A stretch of 63,924 bases of DNA, counting the filler, from Saprolegnia diclina VS20 (taxonomy: Eukaryota), in NCBI RefSeq assembly GCF_000281045.1. It is 13 parts of 4 records of this genome, joined end to end, with 100 filler letters (N's around TTAATTAATTAA, not from the genome) between each part and the next. Parts side by side here need not be neighbours in the genome. Positions count along the whole stretch, not along the records: positions 56,277 to 57,827 come from NW_008246136.1; positions 57,928 to 59,243 come from NW_008246136.1; positions 59,344 to 60,996 come from NW_008246137.1; positions 61,097 to 63,924 come from NW_008246137.1; 9 more parts are not named here. One strand, given 5' to 3'. A program made the translations under genes and the position numbers. Of the stretch, positions 56,406 through 63,924 are shown piece by piece (the first letter of the stretch is position 1; every line of letters begins with the position of its first letter). The notes under the pieces are model-generated. The model was given only the letters and a program-made list of their open reading frames with translations. It was not told the origin of the DNA and did no database searches.

Positions 56406-57496
56406 GCATTTGACATCGTTTTAGCTAACATCAATGGATCCAACTTTATTCATCAATAATGCGTTAGCTTATACAAGATCGCTTGCGGTGAACGTATGGT
56501 GGTCGAACGAGACGCAGCAGAGAATGTTGCGGCTCTTGAGGCGCGTGGGACCGTGCTGAGTATTTCCGACGACGATTTCAATGTACAGGGCAGGATATGG
56601 GACTCGAGGGACGGCCGCTACGGTCTGAATGAGACCTGTACACTGCCTCAACTGCCACGGGGACTTTCCACCCGGCAAATGCACAAATACAAAGGCGCGC
56701 CGCGTTTGTAGTTTGAAATATGGATGCGGGCGGAGCCTTCGCGCCGAAATCGGCACAACAAACGACAAAACATCTGTTTTTGAGGAGCAGCACAGAGATC
56801 CTACGCGTGCTAGAGTATTGCAATAGGTACCACGCGACCATTTTTACCTTTACCGTCCTATCCCATCCAGTGCTGGATAGCTGCTCTGAATACAGTAGCC
56901 GTCAGCAGTACTGCCACTGTCGTTTGGGGGTGTCAGCGATGAAGGACTCGTCGCAGTGCGCAATGCAATCGAACTGATTGCACTGATCCTTGACAACACA
57001 GTGAGAGATCCATCGCGTTGACGTTCAGCAACACTTTCAACTACCAACTGCATGGCGAGTAGCGCCCAGTCTACACGAAAATACCTTCTCTAAGAGCATT
57101 CGTTTCTCTATCGCCTCGCAGACAGCATGATCGTTGCGCCAGAAGGAAGACCTTCCCGCCGACGTCGGCACCGCGTAACTGCGTCCGGAGACGAGGCGTG
57201 CGTTACGCAACCTCATCCACGCCACGCGGTGCAATTCTAGTTCTTAGTATCTGTTTACGTGGTAAAGATGTACAACCGAAACAACCCATCCTCGACGTCT
57301 TCAAGTTTGTATACCGCCATTGGATCCGAAATTTTCAAGCCTTCTGATGCACCCTCGAGTACGATATGACCACAATTTCTTGACTCGACTAGATCCCGAC
57401 AACCAAAGTAGGTGCAGATCCCCCCAGGCTTCGACTGCATCACAGCTCTGCGACGCAACCCAAGCGTTTACACGGCCTCCAATTCACTCACTCCAA

Positions 57497-57512
57497 GCTC
57501 ATTTTCCAATTC
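57497..57512 (+). promoter_or_regulatory. Oomycete Inr/FPR core promoter of the OYE gene
   Basis: GCTCATTTTCCAATTC ending ~25 nt upstream of ATG 57538. Confidence 0.7.
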
Positions 57513-57537
57513 AGCTCCTTGACAACAACCAGCAAGC

Positions 57538-57827
57538 ATGCCTGCCAACAACCTCTTTACGCCCCTCAAGCTCGGCCGCCTCGAGCTCGCCAACCGCATT
57601 CTCATGGCACCGCTCACGCGCTGCCGTGCGACGCCCGGCGACCACATCCCGACCGACGCCATGATCCAGCACTACGCGGACCGCGCTGCCGCTGGCCTCA
57701 TCATTGCCGAGTGCTCGATGATCGCGCCCAAGACGTCGGCCTTCTACTCGGATCCTGGTGTCTATGCGCCCGAGCAGTTGGCGGTGTGGAAGAAGATCAC
57801 GGACGCGGTCCATGCCAAGGGCGGCAA
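57538..57827 (+). CDS. N-terminus of a second old yellow enzyme (3' in gap)
   Basis: LFTPLKLGRLELANRILMAPLTRCRA...YADRAAAGLIIAE...WKKITDAVHAKGG. Confidence 0.92.
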
Positions 57828-59379
57828 NNNNNNNNNNNNNNNNNNNNNNNNNNNNNNNNNNNNNNNNNNNNTTAATTAATTAANNNNNNNNNNNNNNNNN
57901 NNNNNNNNNNNNNNNNNNNNNNNNNNNAGTGCGCATGGTACAATGGCGTCTGGTGGCGCCACGTCATGGCTCTTTTTTTAGACCATACTTGGAAAGGCCA
58001 TTGACATGGAGCAATTACGGTGTGAAGACCGACTGGGCATGCACTCTCTATCATCTATGCAAGGACGTAAGCTAGAGTTGTGTTCGGGGTACAGTACGTT
58101 AGTGACGCATATATGGACTAGTATGTTACACCCTGTATTCAATTTGATCCTGTCTGGCAGTCGTCCGCGAGCACAAGGTTCACCGCTCGATCCTTGACAC
58201 AAATCGCCGCACCATCAACGCGCCTCTTCCGGAGCTGCAGATTTACTATTTGTAATGGTCATATACAAATGTACAGTCATTTAATTCCAAACAGGTTTCC
58301 GCCTATCCCATCGCAGTATTTGGAGCCTGGCCAATAAAAACGAGGGAGCAATATATTGGTTTCTCCGCCGTTCCAGCTTGTAGGAGCTTGGTTGGTGAAC
58401 TGCTGCTGCTCCGAAATATGCAGCAATATCCAGGCTTCGTGATGCGTCGTTGTGCAACAAGAGCCACGACTAAGCGCCCCCGCTTGCCGCGCAGGCCCTG
58501 CATCACGGTACTAATGTAGGAAGTCCAACAACAAAAGCTTGAAATGCCTCAATAACCTCAGAGCATCGTTATCGTTTGGTGTACTCGAGCGATCTAGGCG
58601 ACGCGAGTCCGCATGTGCACACCCGCGAATTAATTGAGCGCCGGCAATTGCCGTCAAGATGTAAAGCGTGACAAGGACAAATTTTATGGCCTCGATTATC
58701 CAGTATAATGGGAATCCGAAGAGAGGGACCTTGACCACGAGGATTGAATCCTGCGCCTCCTCCACGTGAAGCAGGAATTTACAGCTGAATTTCCTGTCTC
58801 AACTTGATGATCGATGCATGCACTACTTGTTATGGTTGCTATTCGACTTGGCGCGAGGTGCGACCGAAAATGGCGGCAGCAGGGAGGCAGGTTGTACTTT
58901 TCTGCAATAGCTCGGCGCAATGTCCTCATAACGCGACTTACTAGTAGCCTCCTTCTTGCTCAGGGGCTCGCGTGCAATTTGAGATTCGAATTTATGCAAT
59001 GAGCAGGCTCGTCCTTGACCATGCGGTAGCACGGGGCGTCTTGGATGATGGTGGCGCCCTTCATCGCTTCTTCAGCGTGCTCTGTGCCCACAGCCTACGA
59101 TGTGCATAAGCGATACTAGTACTAGCCAAGGCCATGGAACAGCCATGCACCCCAAAGCTATCGACTGCGTTCTCGACGACAGCTCGACGAGTCGTCAAAC
59201 TGACAAGATCTTCGGCTGCATTCACTTTGTACTAATCCTCGACNNNNNNNNNNNNNNNNNNNNNNNNNNNNNNNNNNNNNNNNNNNNTTAATTAATTAAN
59301 NNNNNNNNNNNNNNNNNNNNNNNNNNNNNNNNNNNNNNNNNNNGGGTACGTACATTGGCGTCAACTGGCACGAGCACGT

Positions 59380-60879
59380 CAGAGGGGTGGCTCAGCGTTG
59401 TAATTCCTGTGCCGGCACGCGATTGGTGGAAATGGGGAACAAATATTCCGCCAATGGAATGGCTGTCTTTGGGAATTGACAAATCAAAAGCCCGGAAAAA
59501 TGGACCAATCATTGAGTAGGCGCCAAATTTGAAATGATTTGAAGTGCCAGGAAAACCGGATTCGAATTGGCGCCAGTTTGCCCGTCTTGCGGCCATATTG
59601 CTTTCTTTACCGCTTGGAAGAGAGCACGATGGGACGCAAACATGTGCCAAGCTCGCCACGCAAACCACGCAACCGTTCACCACGCATACTCGTACCATGC
59701 TCGACGTGTGCGAGACCGTGTCAAAACAACCCCACGTCCATTCGGAAGCTCAATGGGGTCCTTTTGTGCATGGCCTGCCGCATCAAGGAGACGAAGCGGC
59801 TCAAGGACGAGCACCGGCTCGAGGAGCAGCGCCGACTCGAGCACATGCGTTGGCTCGAGCCAGTATTGTGCACGGCTTGCCAGAGGACGGTGCAGGCCGA
59901 GCCCGAGCCCGCATCCGAGCCCGAGCCCGCGTCCGAGCGCTCAGCTGGATCCGATGGCACGACGGATGGAGACGACGAGGAAGACGAAGACACAACAGGT
60001 ATACTCTTCAAGCATGTCGTCTCTCGTAAGAATATGAGGTGGATTCACTTAGTGCGTGACGTGATCAAGTTACTTATCATCGAGGCGAATGGCGACTTGA
60101 GCAAGAATCGGAAGCGGCGGCGCACATACGACGACAAGGGCTATATGAAGGACCCAAGGACGATCCTGCAGTGGAACCGTCGTCCGGAAGACTGTGACGC
60201 GCCCTACACGAAGAGGCGACATCCAGACACACAGACCAAGCTCAACAACTTGTTGTCGGGTAGTTTAGCTCGCGACCTCAAACGGATTCGGATCCACTTC
60301 AGCAAGACGAACATGTCAACCGTAGAACTAAACCAGGGGTAACTCACCTCGGGTAAAGGAATACATAGTTTCTTGTTAGTCATGCTCGTTAGTACCTTAT
60401 CTTGACAAGGTCCATGCATGGTGCCTCTCTGGCACTCCGGTCAATGCGCTTTGGTGCGCCTGGACGATCACCACATCATGGCCAGCATCATGGCTCGCTC
60501 CAATCCCGGTGTATGTACACCGGAATATATCCATTATCCAGACACTATCCGGATGTACCCCGGGTTTTCGATCGCTCAGTCGAGTGTTACTCACAATTGA
60601 GAGTGAATGCTAAGGAATGATGGCTGCATATTTTTAAACAATTCGTTGGTCCTAAAACCACTGGAATCGCAGTGGGCAGCCACCTAGCACTTCGTCATGC
60701 GCCTTGACGCCACCAAACCATTTTTTATCCACGCCTTACATCTTTTCCGAGATGGAAAATTTTTTTCTTTTCGAAATTCGCAATATTCGTCATTTTATCA
60801 ATTTTATTATGGCATGTTTGTCGTATTTGACCCGTTTTGGACCCAAAAGACAAAAAATCGGTGCTGAGCCACCCCTCTG
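59380..60879 (+). mobile_element. Non-autonomous TIR element, 1500 bp, 9-bp TSD, carrying a Zn-finger ORF
   Basis: Perfect 17-bp TIR CAGAGGGGTGGCTCAGC / GCTGAGCCACCCCTCTG. TSD CGAGCACGT at 59371-59379 and 60880-60888. Confidence 0.92.
59629..60342 (+). CDS. Cargo ORF with C4 (GATA-like) zinc finger and basic/acidic tracts
   Basis: CSTC-x19-CMAC-RIKE, a further CTAC, and NLS-like KNRKRRR. No DDE motif seen. Confidence 0.6.
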   Translation: MGRKHVPSSPRKPRNRSPRILVPCSTCARPCQNNPTSIRKLNGVLLCMACRIKETKRLKDEHRLEEQRRLEHMRWLEPVLCTACQRTVQAEPEPASEPEPASERSAGSDGTTDGDDEEDEDTTGILFKHVVSRKNMRWIHLVRDVIKLLIIEANGDLSKNRKRRRTYDDKGYMKDPRTILQWNRRPEDCDAPYTKRRHPDTQTKLNNLLSGSLARDLKRIRIHFSKTNMSTVELNQG

Positions 60880-61407
60880 CGAGCACGTCCCCGACTTTCC
60901 GGTGTGGCAGTCGCACGCCAAGCGGCTCCTCGTGGCGCACGCGCTCTTCTGGAGCGTCGTTGTGAGCGTCCCGATCTGCATCTGCATTCTGCAACTNNNN
61001 NNNNNNNNNNNNNNNNNNNNNNNNNNNNNNNNNNNNNNNNTTAATTAATTAANNNNNNNNNNNNNNNNNNNNNNNNNNNNNNNNNNNNNNNNNNNNTTGC
61101 CGTCCCCGCTCTTGGAGCCCATCGTAGCATTGCCAGCAGCACCGTCGGCGTAAAAATAAAGTGTCTTGCGTCTACGGAGGAGCGTGGATATGCGTGTTGT
61201 GGCAATACACGAGCTAGAGTAGTGCAAATGGTTCTGTGGTCAATCAGTGTGAAGCCTACGAACACCGTCTAAAATCACGCAAATGCATCCCATAATTCGC
61301 CGCGCAGCGCGCACTTTGCGCTTGCAATTTGCGTGTTTTTATCCATCCCCACCCTTGATACAAAGACCTGCATTTGATACAAGAACAAACGAGCCAAGGA
61401 CAACAAC

Positions 61408-63117
61408 ATGCTTGTGCAGAGGACGTCGGTGGCGGCGCGGCGCCGGCTGGCGCGCCAGCTGCAGCAAGTGGATGGCCTCCGCATGCTGGGCGATGGCCAT
61501 GGCGCTCGACAAGCGCTGCCCACTGCGTGCCTCGCCTTGCAGCAAGCGCGTCCTTGCATGCTACGCCTCGTCCTGCCTACCCGAGCGCTCTCGACGGCCG
61601 CCACGTCGCCGACGCCGTCGTCTTCGCCCAGCTTTCCATCCGCCGACGTGGTGACAACAGCACATGGCGTCGTAGCGACCAGCGCCTTTGCGCCCGGCGC
61701 CGTCATCTTCTGCGAGACGGCCATCGCAGCGTCCAGCTTTGGCCACCACTGCCACCATGACCACCACACGTGCGACCACGACCATGGCCACGTTCATACG
61801 TGTGATCACGACCACCACCATCACGGTACGATCAATGACCTCCACGGCCACGACGACTGCGACTATGCCCACGGTGCCCCTGCACACTGCAACCATGACC
61901 ATGCCCACGATCACGATCACTGCGACCATGACCATGGGCATCACCACGTTGAGACGCTTACAGAGGCCGAGCGCGATACCATGGCACCGGCGATCGCTGC
62001 CTCCTTTGACGCGTACATGGCCTTTTGCGCGACGCACGCCGACGTCCTCGGGCGACGCGACATTGCCAGCAACCTCGTCAAACTGCTTCACGCGATCGCA
62101 TCCGACGCGTCATTGCTGCCCGATCTACTGCGTCTCTCAGTGCTCTCGGACCGCGTGCCCGCCTGCATGGCGACCGCTGTCGCCCTCCGATCGCACCTCC
62201 CACCCTCGAGCCTGCCTCCAACTATCTCCGACGCAGAGCTCGCGCACCTTCTCGGCGTACTGCTCAACCATGCGCAGGCGCTCAACAGCATCGACGGCAG
62301 CGGTGTCTTTCGGTACATCCCGCGACTGCACCACGCGTGCATCCCCAACGTCCACATCGCGGCCGACGGAACGACGCTCCGCGCCACAGCAATGACGCCG
62401 ATTGCAGTCGGTGACGCGCTCACGTTTGACACGCTCGACATGTACTACTGGACGCACCCGGACCGGGCAGCGGCCCTCGCGGCCGACGAGATCACTTGCA
62501 ACTGCGACTGGTGCAAGGGCGCCGTGCCGGATCATGCGCGGACATACAAGTGCAACGATCCTGCATGCCACGGCGTCGTTTACCCAGCGACAACGATACC
62601 CATCACGGCGACGTGTTCGTGCTGCAGCCGCGTCTGGACGGTCGACGAGGTGGCGGCCATGACGGAGCACGAAGAGGCGACGGCGTCGACGCTGCAAACC
62701 GCGACCAACTTGGCCGAGATTGAGGCGATCGTGGCGGCCTCGCCGCTGCACGGGACCCACCGAGTGTGCTACGATGCACTTGCGCACCTCTCGGCGACCC
62801 TGCGCGACGATGCCGACGATGCGGAAGCCGTCCGTCGGCAGCTTCTAGCGTGCGTCGACGCGGTTGTGCCGTATGCGCATCCGACGACGATCGAGCACTA
62901 TGATGCGTTGGCGGCTGCGCTCGTCGTCCAGGGCAAGGTGGACGAGGCGCGCGTAGCGTACGCAGCAGCGTTGGAGATGGCAAATTGCTGCTTTGGCGCC
63001 GACCACGAGACGACCCGCTTGTACCAGGCGCTGACCGAGACCACACCGAAGACGCGCGCGGCTTGGGCGGACGTGTATGATGTGCACGATGACGATAGCG
63101 CAGTGAAGCGTTCATAG
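61408..63117 (+). CDS. SMYD-like SET-domain protein with His-rich insert and likely mitochondrial presequence
   Basis: Split SET: GVVATSAFAPGAVIFCE...RLHHACIPN...IAVGDALTFD; post-SET CNCDWC; TPR-like tail FGADHETT; Arg-rich N-terminus ending RALST. Confidence 0.8.
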   Translation: MLVQRTSVAARRRLARQLQQVDGLRMLGDGHGARQALPTACLALQQARPCMLRLVLPTRALSTAATSPTPSSSPSFPSADVVTTAHGVVATSAFAPGAVIFCETAIAASSFGHHCHHDHHTCDHDHGHVHTCDHDHHHHGTINDLHGHDDCDYAHGAPAHCNHDHAHDHDHCDHDHGHHHVETLTEAERDTMAPAIAASFDAYMAFCATHADVLGRRDIASNLVKLLHAIASDASLLPDLLRLSVLSDRVPACMATAVALRSHLPPSSLPPTISDAELAHLLGVLLNHAQALNSIDGSGVFRYIPRLHHACIPNVHIAADGTTLRATAMTPIAVGDALTFDTLDMYYWTHPDRAAALAADEITCNCDWCKGAVPDHARTYKCNDPACHGVVYPATTIPITATCSCCSRVWTVDEVAAMTEHEEATASTLQTATNLAEIEAIVAASPLHGTHRVCYDALAHLSATLRDDADDAEAVRRQLLACVDAVVPYAHPTTIEHYDALAAALVVQGKVDEARVAYAAALEMANCCFGADHETTRLYQALTETTPKTRAAWADVYDVHDDDSAVKRS

Positions 63118-63343
63118 TAGAAACGTCGGATGCGAGACCCCGTAGAATCAACATTTTACTAGATACTAGAGTATATAATTTGATACCTATGTCCTTCGTG
63201 ATGCTCCAAGGTCAGGACCGTCGTAGTGCTGGCGAAACGGGAGCGACCGCGAGACCGTCGACCTGGACAGGGGCGCTGCACCTGCCTCGCGTGTTCCCCT
63301 AACCCCAGGGGTAGGGGTGCGCCCAGTGCATGGGAGACTCAAC

Positions 63344-63394
63344 GGTGTTGTCACATATAGGGTGTTGTCACATATAGGGTGTTGTCACATATAG
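63344..63394 (+). repeat. 3 x 17-bp perfect tandem repeat GGTGTTGTCACATATAG
   Basis: Directly visible. Confidence 0.95.
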
Positions 63395-63924
63395 CTGGAC
63401 TATGAATTCACTTGATACACAAGTATCCCACAAGTAGAATGCAGAGTGTTGTCTCGAGAGCTCTCTTTGGAATCGTCCCTTGGCCCCCAAAGGCGGGACA
63501 CATCAAGCAGTGGGCTGCGAGATTGGGTGTTGCACCCTCTTGCATAATATCACAATGGTGGGCTCTGGCTGTCACGTCGGTGACGAGGCGTTGAGTCCTC
63601 CACCGTAGCTTTGTCCATCGAACGAGATATCCTAACCCAAACCCTATTCCTCGTGGACGGACTCGTATGTGGTAGATATCGTCTGCGAATGTATAAGGAT
63701 AGGACTCTAAACGAATTGAGCAGCGGGAATGTAATTGTCACACTCTGCAAACGACAGCCACCCAGTCTACGATTCCGACGACACGCGCTGCAAGAACGAC
63801 GGCGTCGACAGCGGCATCGACGCAAAGCGTGTCACGAGACGCACGTCACTCGGTGATCGGTGGTACAAGACCCCGGTGGCATCAAACCGCAGCACGCCGC
63901 GAAGAATAAGCGGGAAATGTGCTG

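Noticed and set aside
5691..61052. Recurrent TTAATTAATTAA as a biological repeat or CRISPR-like array
   Set aside because: Always centred in N blocks: an assembly spacer. No repeat-spacer array or cas gene exists in this eukaryotic window.
63344..63394. 17-bp triple repeat as CRISPR or iteron
   Set aside because: No spacers; a simple minisatellite.

Overview
Eukaryotic, GC-rich, intron-containing DNA from an oomycete, most likely Saprolegniales (Saprolegnia-like). Support: short 40-60 nt GT-AG introns, oomycete Inr/FPR promoter motifs, a disintegrin-like Cys-repeat gene and oomycete-type ankyrin repeats. It is a gappy draft scaffold with N runs and twelve artificial N-TTAATTAATTAA-N spacers. 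Recognisable genes: disintegrin-like membrane protein, a local U-box E3 ligase family (3 genes plus 2 fragments), a METTL3-like m6A methyltransferase tail-to-tail with a DXO/Rai1 decapping enzyme, SPB1/FTSJ3 (with candidate intronic snoRNAs), UBXN11, an SPX protein, VAP, an M13 peptidase, an inverted pair of Gly/Tyr-rich secreted proteins, D-lactate dehydrogenase, a giant IQ/B-box/EF-hand gene, an interrupted ankyrin gene, B12D/NDUFA4, tandem old yellow enzymes and a His-rich SET protein. Two DNA transposons can be delimited exactly by TIR plus TSD. The most novel signal is missing from the ORF track: a multicopy small secreted prepropeptide ending in CRRHCHWHPGFGMRCYWRCW, resembling a two-disulfide beta-hairpin antimicrobial or metal-binding peptide. 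All family calls are from motif recognition by eye; no searches were run.
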